Source of the DNA: Trichoplax adhaerens
Lineage: Eukaryota; Animalia; Placozoa
Direction of reading: 5' to 3'
NCBI RefSeq assembly: GCF_000150275.1
Contig: NW_002060943.1
Span: 13,118,313-13,182,312 of the forward strand
DNA: 64,000 bases
The translations under genes were made by a program, and so were the position numbers. The notes below the pieces were generated by a model that had not been told where the DNA came from, ran no database searches, and saw nothing but the letters and a program-made list of their open reading frames with translations. Positions 49,101 through 61,380 of the stretch are shown here, piece after piece (within the stretch, counting starts at the first letter, position 1; each line of letters starts with the position of its first letter).

Positions 49101-52100
49101 AGAAAAGGTTTTAGGATATCCATCCAATATAAATCCCTAAACGTTAAAAGAAATAATTAATTACTGTAAGATAAGATTAGACCGATTTATTTTGAAAGAA
49201 TTTATGATGTAGCATAAGTCATGTAATGTTCTTTACACTAGAACATTATAATTGGTAGTTTACCTGATTCTTACATGACATCGATTTAAGTTTTTTACGT
49301 AAAAATCGATGAACATAATGATCATCATATCGATCTAAATAAAAAAGGATTAGTTTTGTAAATTAGATCTTCAATTTTTGGTTTCAAAGACCTAGTAAAG
49401 TTTAAACAGGAAGCCAAATGATGTCCTTACTATTATTATTTTCTTTATTTTCTTTTAAAGCCTCTAACAATTCTTTATCCTGATTATACTGTTCGTGCTC
49501 TCTTTCCGATAATTCACTTTCAGATCTAGCTGCAGATTGTTCCTATGATTCATAAGCAAAAATCATCATTAGGATTGCAGTAAATACAGCAATAGTCGGA
49601 TAGGAGAAGAATTTCTATATCAAATATAAATATAATTAGATTTAAGTGAGCTGTACAGTCAAGGCTAACGTCAAAAAATAACTAAAGGTATGATTATATA
49701 TGTAAACTGATTAAGATCAGTGCAAAATTAGAGCAAAATTTAACTTTATTCTTAATTTACCAGATTTTCGACCGCTTCAGATATAACTTCTCCAATCGTG
49801 ATATGATGAATATGATAATATTCAGTTAGTTGCTGGGAAATTTTGGATTTTCCCACCGCTGGTGGTCCAAGAACACAAATCTTAATTGGTTTCTATAGAT
49901 AAAATAGATAAAATTTATCCATGATATAAGATTGGAAGGAGATTAAGCCATGCAATTATCTACAAAACTTTCTAAAGTAAAGATTTCAATTTTTCAACAC
50001 ATTTATAAAGTACAATATTATGGTTGTAAAGACTATATATTAAATAAATCGATTGATAAGCTAAACTTTATTTTATACTGTAAACTAAAAAATACTATCA
50101 TGAAAGCTTTAAATATACAGAAAGAATAATTAATCTCAACTAGGTCTTGCTTAGAGGTTACAAACATTACCCTACCGATAAATTTCTATATTCCTTAAAT
50201 TCTTTAATCATTTTCTTCATATTGTCCACCATACCAGACTGTTTAAATATGAGATTTAGATGGTCGCTATAAGGCATAAATTTGCTAATTCATAGCTTAA
50301 GTAATTTTAACTTACTAAGGCTACCCATTCAATATTCATATGCTCCTTAATATATATGCCTTCAATCCGCAAATTGACTACAATTTTATCAAATTCATTT
50401 TGCTAATAAAATAAAAAAGATTTGTTTTAAGGACTAAAATAGAAACCTCTTAAAACATTATATTAGGCTCTAAAACAAGCTTTTCAGAAATTTGACTTAA
50501 ATAGCAAAAAAACTGATTCAAGCAAACCTACAGGTAATGATTCGTTAAGCAAAGCATCTTCTTTAGATATGTAGTTAACTTTTCCGGTTCCAAGATAATA
50601 ACTGATACTCTAATTTAAAACAGTAAAAATCAGTAATCTCAAATAGATTAACTACCTATCAACTTTAGCGTATGCTAATCTTCACAAGTCTAATTCGAAA
50701 GTAAATTAATCCAGTTCTTGCGTTATTGTCAAATTGAAATCTATTATATATTTTCCTAACCTTGACGATTTCTTTTAGGTTATTGTTAGAATTATCAACC
50801 GCGACCAAATATCTTATTTTAGGTTTTCGATCAATGACATTCAGAACAATGCTAATAAAAGAATTCATACCTTAGCATAATAGTGGGTTAAGATCTAACT
50901 GGCGAGAAACCTTTATAGCTTCTGTGATGGTTAGAATTAAATTACAAATCTCCGGCAATTTATAAAAATACCTTGTTAAATCTTTAACATGTATTGTAGG
51001 TATAACATTTCTTCCATTTCCGTAGCAGTCGAGAGCTTGCTTGGATAACCATGCATCCTATATGTCCAAGATTGAGTTAGAATAAATTGTGATGAATCAG
51101 AATTGCTTCATAGCAGACTAGCTAAAATTAAAATATTACAGTTATAATTACTTTAAACAGATAATGAAAGATGTTTTCTTCATGTCCATAAACTAATCCA
51201 CAAGCAAGAACATAGGTTATGAAGTTTTCCTTGTTCTGTTATTAAAAAAATTGTAATAAAATTATTTTCTGATGTTTCAATTTCTTGGATAAATTTGACA
51301 AGTGATAGACTAACCGATGAAGCCATGACACACTTTTCGATCCTATAAGAAAACGACGACAATTTCAGTTGAATATTATGGTTATACCAAAATGATCAAT
51401 TTCTTAGTCGTATATTTGACGTTATCCTTTTAAACTAAGCAAGCTATATAATTTTATTATGATAATTACTGTAGTTGTCGATGAAAGTTTGGATGTGGTA
51501 TGCGTCGCTTAAAATCTTCTTCTGATAACGTTAATTCACGATCATACTATAGAAAAGCAATACTTGTTAGCGTATTCTGAAAAAACTTATTGTAGATATA
51601 GCTTTATCACTCTTTCAAATATAAAATTTATACCGGATCTAGTGGCTTAGTTTTGACCCATGTCATAATAGTGGAGAGGCAAATAAATAGTTTTAACGTC
51701 TCAAAAGTAGGCGCTTCACTTTTTAAGACTGAAGGGTGAGAAAATAAATGACATTAGGGGTTATATCGCAGATTTTTGTCATTTAATCGAGTATGATAAA
51801 CTCTTGTACGACAAACTGTCTACAAATTTTACCATTTGCAACAAGTTTAATTTATGTATAAAATTGAGTTTACTTACTAGTCACTGCCCACAGTGTTTGA
51901 TCTAGTGCGTCAAAATCTTCACCAATATCATAGATGATCACGTCACTTGCCTTCATCGCTGATAATATTTCATCTGGGTTATCAGACTGATTAACGGATA
52001 AAATGACATGTACTTAGAGCCAATGGTAAAATTCGGATTGATATACAGATATAAATGTTATATTTACTTCGATAACTTTGCAGAGCCAGGATGGCTTAAC

Positions 52101-52678
52101 AGATAAAGGATTTTTAAGTGTTCCAATGATTTCAAATGAGTCTGTTGTCACACTTGACACATTATCTGTTATCTCTTCTATTTGAGAGTTGACTTCATCA
52201 AGTTCTGTAGCTTCTTTTAAAGTTGCTTGAGGTATAGCATTAGCAATAATCTATTGTTACATACAAAATTTCTATCAGCTAAAGAGCACTATTTTATAGA
52301 CAAACTTTAAGCTAATGTGACCATCACTATTTAAATCGTGGAATTAAAAATATCGTCACTATTTCTAAGATAATACAACAGCTCTGCTAGATATTAAGAG
52401 TGCTTTTGGCATTTAGCAAACTCAAGGATCATCAGTTGTATTTGGATATATTCAGATTTACATTTAGATACAAATAAAGCATCACTAATGCAAAGGATTT
52501 ACGTATTATTGCACATCATAAATCAACTTTCTCTCTCTATATCAACTGTCGATGTAGTTGTAGTTACCTCTGCAATATTATGGCCAATATAAGTATCACA
52601 GTTATTAATGAATACACGAATTAATAACTTGCTTCTAATGTCTTCAATCGACGGCGATTTTTCTTCAATATTTTGCAT
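46135..52678 (-). CDS. AK7: Adenylate kinase 7, copy b (diverged paralog, spliced, ~24 exons; alternative in-frame ATG at 52717)
   Basis: Exons splice in frame without stops: [56 protein letters not shown]-loop [18 protein letters not shown], Dpy-30 motif [29 protein letters not shown]|AEFIFKNNP, stop at 46135-37. Confidence 0.92.
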
Positions 52679-53146
52679 CTTGATGAATTTGCTATTAGTA
52701 ACAGTACGAATAAGCATTTATTGCAGATTATATCTAATTAATGATATATATGTGAATATCTGCAATTGAATATTTACAACGATAAATTTACAACTGTTTT
52801 CAGATTACTAAATGTACTAGCTATTTTTGTTATGAAGCGATGCACAGTACTGGTACAAAATTACTGATAATCCATACATTTACTACAACTATTGGGAGTA
52901 ATTTACCTTTAATTATAATGTAAGATCCAATTGCGAAATGCTTATTAGTATCTCGATGAACTTTATTAATCCACTTATCCTGACTTTCAGTTTACTGTAA
53001 CAGCCAGTGTTTGTAATATACGTATATTGTATTAACAGCAGTTATTGTATTTCTCGTAGTTGATGAGATAGAGCATCATTTACTGTACATCATCGCCTCT
53101 AGTCTATCGCCTGTAAAGGATATCGCTGAGGAAAGTTAGAGTTTAC

Positions 53147-53160
53147 GTTGCCATAGAGAT
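53147..53160. promoter_or_regulatory. RFX X-box GTTGCCATAGAGAT upstream of AK7 copy b
   Basis: Perfect GTTGCCAT half plus a degenerate half (reverse complement ATCTCTATGGCAAC), ~430-470 bp upstream of the ATG. Confidence 0.6.
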
Positions 53161-53420
53161 CATTGTCAGGCATGCGTACAAACCTCCAAACAATAGAGTG
53201 AAGAAAAAACTTTTACAGTGCTTTATATTGTAAATCTACCGTCGGAATTGCCTATCGATCTCTAGCTTGACTTTGTGATATAATGAACACTAAGGAATAT
53301 TGCTGTATCGAACACTACCTTCCGTACAGTTTAGAGCCTACGGTACAGTCTCCAAAATCCACACGCCCGAACAGTACTCTACTTTTCAAATACAAAAATT
53401 AACATCAGACATGGGAGTAG

Positions 53421-53502
53421 GCTGCGATGGCCGAGTGGTTAAGGCGTTGGACTTGAAATCCAATGGGATCTTCCCGCGTAGGTTCGAACCCTACTCGCAG
53501 CG
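53421..53502 (+). tRNA. tRNA-Ser (anticodon TGA)
   Basis: Acceptor stem GCTGCGA/TCGCAGC, D-arm TGGCCGAGTGGTTAAGGC, anticodon arm TTGGA-CTTGAAA-TCCAA, long variable arm GGGATCTTCCC, T-loop GGTTCGAACC, discriminator G, no encoded CCA. Confidence 0.98.
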
Positions 53503-53513
53503 AGGTGGAATAA

Positions 53514-53522
53514 TTTTTTTTT
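53514..53522 (+). terminator. Pol III oligo-T terminator of the tRNA gene
   Basis: T-run about 11 bp downstream of the tRNA. Confidence 0.85.
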
Positions 53523-53673
53523 CCTATTTTTAGTTCTTAATTTCAAATCGTTAGTCCCATTAGCAGGAAGTTGTAGAATAGCAATATACAATTTAGCTAT
53601 GACTGCTAGTACTAGTTGTTGTATAGTTGTCCGAAACGATAAGTTGTTGTCTTATTGATTAACGTACTGAATC

Positions 53674-53985
53674 AGGGGTTGGAAAGAGGAAAGAAGTGGG
53701 CGATGCCATACGTCAAAGTGTGGACATAATCGACTCTAGGATAACAGATTATTTACATATCATGCAAGTTTATAATTAATATTTCTGTTTAATAGAACAA
53801 AACGAGTGGATCGATAGCTTGGAGCCAGGGGTAGGAAAGGGGAAGGAAGTGGGCAATGCCATACGTCGAAGTGTGGACAATAATCAGCTCTAGGACAACA
53901 GATTATTTACCGTAAATACGGTGCAAGTTTAAAATTAGTATTTCCGTTTAACGGAATAAAACGAGTGGATCGACAGCTTGGAGCT
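53674..53985. repeat. Tandem duplication, 2 x ~153 bp
   Basis: AGGGG..GGAAAG..GAAGTGGGC.ATGCCATACGTC.AAGTGTGGACA at ~53674 and ~53827. Confidence 0.88.
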
Positions 53986-56900
53986 AGCTAAGGACCGGCT
54001 AGTTTATCATTTTTGAGACCTATATGATTAGAATTAATGAAATATAATTATAGTTGTTGTTGTTGAGTGTCGTGGATATAGCCACGTTCTTCTCTTTTTG
54101 GGTACAAGTTGGGGAAATTCGATTATGGCTGAGAGGTTGGGAGGACGGGGGAGTACTTTTGACGATTAAAGACTGGAAACTGTCACAAATTTATTTACAG
54201 CGGTAACTAGAAAATTAAGTCGATTAAATCGGAGAGAGATTGAAATGTTTAGTCCTCCTATAGGACATGGATTGATTTTAAGAATATACTTGCACAATGG
54301 CATTTACAGACATGTAGAGCGGTATAGTATCATTTGGTGAAGTATTTTGGACGCGTATACCTAAAATTTTAGTAATACTTGCACAGATCATTGCCCATGT
54401 CTTAATTCTACTATCGGAAAACACATTCATTCCTAATCATGCTACTATCGACAGTAAAATATGGTCAATGATCTGTCATAAAATGAATGTTAACTATCGC
54501 ATCACAATATCACATCTTACTCTTGTCAATTTTAGGTCATCATGGAGAACGATCGCACTATTAAAAATGTTGTGTGATTAATCTTCACGTCTGTACGCGA
54601 TTGACTAAATGACTAAATTAATCAATCAGCTGTGAGGACTGTGCTTTCAGTATGAGCCTGCATGGCTAGCATTTCTGTAACTTGGCTCCTATGACGTCGC
54701 ATGCAGCTGTCCCTTACTTTCATATTTTGAGCTGGAAAGTTTACTTATGGCTAATGATAGTATTATTAAAGCTCTTAACTTAAAGCTTTTAATTTTAAAT
54801 GGATCAAGAAACAATGATAGCACCAATATTAGCGAGATTTCTAAAAGTAAAGGGCACTACAAACTATAGAATATTTAAATTTTCTAATTTAAAGTATGAT
54901 AGTTTTAAAATCTTCGACGATGTTAAATTATAATATAATTTAAGGCATTAATTATATCTAGTAGATCTCTAGTAAGATGATGTTTAGGTCTGTGAGTAGC
55001 ACATGAGCTAATAAACAAAATTTATTTGCACTATCAAGGTAATAGTTATCCCATAAATATCAAGATACTGGAAAAACAGAATACTACGATTACGCAGGAT
55101 AGAATAATCCAGCGATTGTGTTAGAAACTACGGTATCGGGTGGTTATCCCCTGCTCAAATAAAATAATAGTATAATCTAATTTGTAATGTTTACGATAAC
55201 TCCAAATTTTAAAAGGGATCTTGAACGTATGTATATGTTAGCTTGACTGGTAAACAGGAATTGCAAGTTAATATTGCGTTTATATTCTAACAAATTGATA
55301 TACGGTGATACAGTATTAGTATTCAGAGTATGATGCTATCCTGTTTACCTTCGAGAGGCATCGAGACAGTCAAATTTATCGAATAGTTCCCTACATACTA
55401 GCTATGGTAAAGTAATTAAATATTGCTACAGCCCTGTTATCGATATCCAGCCATTAATTTACAATTACCTATAAGCTAATATTAACATATTATTATGAGG
55501 GCAGAATTATTATCCCTTAACCAAAGGTCATCATTCCAAACTTGTTTAAAGGCATTGAATTTGCAAATATTAAACGTAGAAAGAAATATTCAATTCTATC
55601 GGTACGTGCCGAACATATAATAGAGTGAGTATTCACACGTTAATATTAAGACAACATATTTAAATTGTCTCTTCTGGATAAAATTATGAATTTGTTATTG
55701 ATTATATTTACTCAATGCACGCCGTTATCATATGGGACGCATTGCTTGAGGAAGCATTTTCTGCTGGGGTCAATATAAAGTTCAGTTTAATGCGCTGTTG
55801 ATCATAATTTTTGTATCATATGTTTCTTAGCCAATCATATCATATACTGTGATCTGAAGTACATGCTAATTAAGATTATTCCTACACAGTTTTAATCATT
55901 TTCTGCTTCTCTTGATCTCGTTGACAAGTCAATCAGGATTGTCCATAGGTAGGTGAAATCCTTGGTAGTCGATTAGTTTTTCAAAGTGTTGCGTGCTAAA
56001 TTCTCACCATGCACATTAAACTTGATTCTCACCTTATAATGATAGATTAGATTAAATTTCATTTTAACAATGTTGCAAAGATCAGGTTTGGTCCTAAATT
56101 GATCCTCAAATATATTAAATATCCCATAAATTATATTTACCTTTGACCACTACAGTTGTGGCACTCTCAATAGTCGATGATTTTTGCCTTTAAGAGAAAA
56201 TATTTTAATTCTATGCCAAGAGACTCTTTCATCGTACTTTAGTTTTTCCTTAGCAATTCATGTTATTTGCCACGCTTATGACTATTTTTCTAAGAGATTG
56301 TACAATTTACCTGTCTTATTATTTGCTGCACTCATAACTTTCTCTAAAAAACTTTATATTTTTCCTGTTACACTTATAATTATTTCCTCTCAAGATTCTG
56401 CATTTTATAATGTGTTCAAAGAAATGAAAATTCACATCTGCTATAATCAGTAACTACAGTATACTGTTAAAATTTATCCAAAATCTGTTGCAAATAATAA
56501 CCAAAAAATTAAAAGATGACAATCATTTCTTAAATTAGACGCGTATCTGTATGCACTCCGATACACCTATGGATAGTCATGATATATCTTGTCTGCGAAC
56601 CTTCATGCGGTGCCTTTGTTAAATGCTAGTATAATACTTTGATCTTATAATTACATCAACACAAACACAGTACTTATAATAGCAGTTGCTAGCACTTAAA
56701 TATGTTTAAGTCGACTAATAGCTATTCTTATACCTAACAGTACCGCTAATAAAGTGTTATAAGCTTAGACGGATCTTATGTTCTCATTTTCCATATGTGA
56801 GTGAATTGCAACCAGTTAATTTTTTTTAGCTGTATTTCTCATCAGTTTAAAACTAATTACTATCATCACGTCAGAAATTAATTAGTAATAATCTTACGAT

Positions 56901-57545
56901 ACGAAAACTTTCATGCATCAGCGTGTGTTCCTTTTAAATTTTACGGTCAGCTAATCCCTATGACGTGTATTTTCGTATTTGCCACAAATGCAAGACCAAT
57001 AACTGTTATCCATTTTAAGGAAAGATCAGTAAATGTTATGCAATTTAAATATTTCTATACTTATCTGCATCTCGGTTTTCTTGCATATTTCCCAATTAGC
57101 AAAGTCTTAAAAATTGTCTATTGATATTTACTACTAATGCAAAGCTGGTTAATGTCGTCGAGCTAGGAAATGATTTAAAAGTACCTTGAGTGCAGCGCCT
57201 ACACTTTCCCATATGTTTCTCAACCAACCCAACTTTATAATGCATATCTGAAATTGTCACTCGTAGCACAGCACTATAACGCATACCCGGAATAGCTCAA
57301 TCTTCAGAGATTGAATGATTCTTTAGCAATAATTAGATTGCTATTTATAAATGCCTTCTCTTTTATCCACATACTGAAGAACCAGCAACATTTACGTAAT
57401 ACATAACTGACTATGCCATTCATTAAAGCAGCATTAGTTGCTTAGCAGTATGTTAAGTGCATAGGTATAACAGCATCCAAAAGCCATGTAGCCACATACC
57501 GGTACGCGTTATAATAATTAACCTCGAATTTGTAATTTCTCTTTT

Positions 57546-59456
57546 ATGATTCTTTGGTTGATACTATTCAAGATCAAAATGGCTGACGTGGCCTCAGTAA
57601 AGATAGAGGACGGAACATTGGATACGGAAGAAGCTGCGTATCGCAACAGAAGAAGACGATGCTATGTTTTCGTCTTCCTCGTAATTTGTATCATTGGAGC
57701 TGCAATCCTGTTATTGGTTGCTTTCACGACTGGACCTAGCAATAGCTTGAAGACTAATTTACGTGGAAGGGAATTTACCTACCACCCAACATGTGATCAA
57801 AACTTACAATGGTGGCAAACCAGCATTATCTATCAAATTTACCCTCGATCATTCCAAGACAGTAATAACGATGGTGTTGGCGATTTGAAAGGGATTGAAC
57901 AACGTTTAAGCCATTTCAAAGATATTCATGTTGATGCAGTGTGGTTAAGTCCTATGTTTAAATCACCGATGAAAGATTTCGGTTATGATGTGTCCGATTA
58001 TACGGATGTCGATCCTATTTTTGGTAACATGGCTGATTTCGATAGTTTATTAGCTGCTATGCAAAAGCAAGGAATTAAATTAATTCTTGATTTCGTACCC
58101 AATCATTCATCTGACCAACATGAATGGTTTATTGAAAGTAGATCGAGTTTAAATAATCCTAAACGTCAATGGTACATGTGGGCAGAACCGAAAGGTATGG
58201 ATGCCGATAATAACCCTATTCCACCCAATAATTGGATATCCGTTTTCAGTGGCTCTATGTGGGAATTCGATAACAAGACAAATCAATTTTATTTACATCA
58301 ATTTTTAGTTGAACAACCCGATTTAAATTATACTAATCCTGAAGTTGTTGAAGCATCGAAGAATGTATTAAGATTTTGGCTAAATAAAGGTGTTGATGGC
58401 TTCCGTATTGATGCCATTAAGCATGTTTATGAAAATCCTAAATTACCTGATGAAGTCCCAGATCCGAATTACCGTCCTGGTGTTGATGCACCTTACAGCT
58501 CGTTGATCCATAATGAAACCACTGATTTCCCACCATTACACTGGTTAAATCGCCAATGGCGTTCTGTATTTGATGAGTACTCTAAAACCAAGCCAAGATT
58601 TGCTGTTGGCGAAGCTTACGATCCCATTGATATCATCATGTTATATTATGGTACCCAACAACAGCCAGAATTTCATTTCCCATTCAACTTTTTCTTACTC
58701 ACATTGCCTAAATGGACAGGTAATACATTAAATCAAACAGTCCATGACTGGATGTCTAAAATGCCAGCATGCGGTTGGCCTAACTGGGTGGTAGGTAATC
58801 ACGATAACCATCGTATCTCCAATCGTCGTGGTCCTAAATTAGTTAAAGCTGTCAATGCTGTCAATTTGCTCTTGCCTGGTACACCAACTACCTACTACGG
58901 TGAAGAAATTAATATGCGGAATGTCAAGATTTCATTAGCTGATACTCAAGATCCTTTTGGCCTACAAAATCCCGACATTTATGAGTCCGTTTCGCGTGAT
59001 CCTGAGCGAACACCAATGCAATGGGATGATAGTCCAAATGCTGGTTTCTCCGCTTCTGGTATTAAAACATGGCTACCTATTGCTGACGACTACAAAAGTG
59101 TCAATGTTAAGGTTGAGAAAGCAAATCCAAATTCTCATCTCAATTTTTATCGTAGCCTAGCAACATTGCGCCAGAGTAGTCCGGCATGGCGTTATCCGAA
59201 CTACCGAGCTGTCTATGCCGATGATAGTTTATTCGCATTCTTAAGATTTCACTCAACTGATTCTCATGCTTTCCTTGTCACGGTTAACTTAGGCTCTGCT
59301 ACAATTACTCGCGATCTCTCCATGGTTTCTGATGTCGGCACAGTTCGATTAGCGAGTAATCCAGCCCTTACTGGCGAGGTTAATTTACATCAAGTTACCT
59401 TGACATCTGGTGAAGTAGTAGTCTATCAGATTAATCAGTCTAGTGGTGGTCATTAA
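57546..59456 (+). CDS. Type II membrane GH13 alpha-glucosidase / SLC3A1 (rBAT)-like protein, intronless; likely start at 57579 (MADVASV)
   Basis: Basic stretch followed by one TM helix, WWQTSIIYQIYPRSF, GYDVSDY, DFVPNHSS, QPDLN, GFRIDAIKH, VGEAY, GNHD, RDPERTPMQW. Confidence 0.96.
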   Translation: MILWLILFKIKMADVASVKIEDGTLDTEEAAYRNRRRRCYVFVFLVICIIGAAILLLVAFTTGPSNSLKTNLRGREFTYHPTCDQNLQWWQTSIIYQIYPRSFQDSNNDGVGDLKGIEQRLSHFKDIHVDAVWLSPMFKSPMKDFGYDVSDYTDVDPIFGNMADFDSLLAAMQKQGIKLILDFVPNHSSDQHEWFIESRSSLNNPKRQWYMWAEPKGMDADNNPIPPNNWISVFSGSMWEFDNKTNQFYLHQFLVEQPDLNYTNPEVVEASKNVLRFWLNKGVDGFRIDAIKHVYENPKLPDEVPDPNYRPGVDAPYSSLIHNETTDFPPLHWLNRQWRSVFDEYSKTKPRFAVGEAYDPIDIIMLYYGTQQQPEFHFPFNFFLLTLPKWTGNTLNQTVHDWMSKMPACGWPNWVVGNHDNHRISNRRGPKLVKAVNAVNLLLPGTPTTYYGEEINMRNVKISLADTQDPFGLQNPDIYESVSRDPERTPMQWDDSPNAGFSASGIKTWLPIADDYKSVNVKVEKANPNSHLNFYRSLATLRQSSPAWRYPNYRAVYADDSLFAFLRFHSTDSHAFLVTVNLGSATITRDLSMVSDVGTVRLASNPALTGEVNLHQVTLTSGEVVVYQINQSSGGH

Positions 59457-60029
59457 TTGAATCTTTTGATCCAGCGATGATTTCATCCATCCGTTCTTAT
59501 TCCTTGCTAAGACTCCATCATTGATGTGATAGAGTCAGTTTTTCGCTACCTAATATAGATACCTTACCGCAATCATGTTAACTAATTTATTTAATCTATT
59601 GGTATGCAATTTTACTTTATTGATTAGAATTCTACGTACTTATTCAAGTTAGTGTAAGAGTGTGTATGCCTAAATAATGGCTATCGTAGTCATGTGTAGG
59701 GGATGATATTGCTGTGTGACTTTTTATGTTAAGTCTTGTACTTGTTGCGTCATGTAGACTCTTTCTCTTTTACGTAATTATTTTCTAGTAATAGAATCTA
59801 TAGCATTCTTCTACCTAGATCCACGACTCTTCTCTCAATACATTTAGCAGGCTGGCCTACCTAAACTAGTGAAATTTTGACTAAATATTGAATGGATGAT
59901 ATCTGATAATAAAATTGTTGATATTTGCCTTTAAATACTTCTAGATGTATACTGAATCATTATGCGTTCAGTGAATTACCTGCTTGCAGTTGGAATGATG
60001 TTTACAATTGTTCAACATCTGTTAAGACA

Positions 60030-61380
60030 AAATCTTTTAAGAATGACACATTTTATATACAGTACACTATATTGATATGTTAACCAACCCTGAGCCTGCA
60101 ATCTAAGCAAGGTAATTTAAATTAGAGGGATATTCAATGGTAATGATATTTGCAATTTAAAAATGTCAGTTGAGATAGAATGGTTCTAAAATAAGGTATT
60201 TTCCATCGACTGCTCTGTTACATTGATCGACTTTGAGTATGCAGCCCGTATTAATTTAGATTATAAAAATTAATCCGAGAAAATAATTTCAATTTCCCCC
60301 TAAAATTAGGGTAGAATGATTCTACCATAAAGCATTCTGCACGTACCATATTGATGTAATGGTTGATTTGAGCAAGCAATAAGTTGTTCAGCAAATTCAG
60401 TTAAAAATAAACTTTAAAAGCAATACTATTTATGATTAGATTATATCAATGAGAGTAAAAGGATTCTACAATAATGAATTCTGCACGTAGCATATTGAGA
60501 TATTGCTTGCTTTGAGCGCGTAATCGGTTTTGTAGAAAATTTCGATCAAAAACAAATTTACTAGTAACAATATTTATAATAGCAAAATCCTAGACAAGGC
60601 TAGATGATTCTTGCATAACATATTTTGCATATACTAGGTTGATATGCAGGTCAATATTGACCATGCAATCTAAAGTATAACCACTTAAATTAAAAAATTT
60701 TTTTAGATTTTTGATATATATAATGCTAAATATTAGTTTAGACAAATGATTCTAGAATAATGCACTTTGCATGTACTGAACTACTATGTTGATTGATTTT
60801 GAGCAGGTAGTCTATAGCAAGAGATTGAGAAAGTAATCAAAGGTGATAATATTGGAAAAATTTAGAACAAAAATGATTCTTGAAGAACATATTTTTGCAT
60901 GCACTATATTGATATTATGCGTATTTTGGTTGAAATTCGAGCATATCTGCGAAATCTTTGGCAATTAAGAATCAATCCTATTCAGAATTAATTATAGTTC
61001 AAATATATGAATTAAGATAGAATCATTCCTGAATAACGTTATTTACATTTACTGTATCGATTGATTAACTTTGGGTATGGAATCGATAGTGTTTTAGATT
61101 GGAAGAATGATATTCAAAGGTAATGATTTTTTTCGATTAGGAATATTAGTTAAGGCAAAGTTATTCTCAATTAACGTACTTTGCACCCGCCGTTTTGATA
61201 CTATACATATATTGATCCATATTGAAAATATATACGTGCAGGATCTACAGCAATTTGGAACAAAATAGCATTCATTAATAGTTACAATTGAAACAAAGTC
61301 AATCTGGGCAGAATTATTCTTAAACAATATATTTTACATGTACTCTACTGATACATTGATCGACTTGGAGACTCCATCTA
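60030..61380. repeat. Degenerate tandem array, ~10 units of ~142 bp
   Basis: Core like (T)GATTCT..AATAA..TTTTGCA(C/T)GTAC..ATTGAT..TTGAG recurs at 60034, 60181, 60317, 60461, 60605, 60747, 60874, 61023, 61161 and 61314. Confidence 0.75.

Noticed and set aside
23447-52717. Short ORFs 23447, 27976, 47363, 50665, 51180 and 52523 as separate genes
   Set aside because: They are AK7 exons read into introns or in alternative frames.
53300-53533. 77-aa ORF
   Set aside because: Overlaps the tRNA-Ser gene; incidental.
55700-57330. Possible decayed exons upstream of the GH13 gene
   Set aside because: No consistent frame or recognisable motif could be reconstructed.
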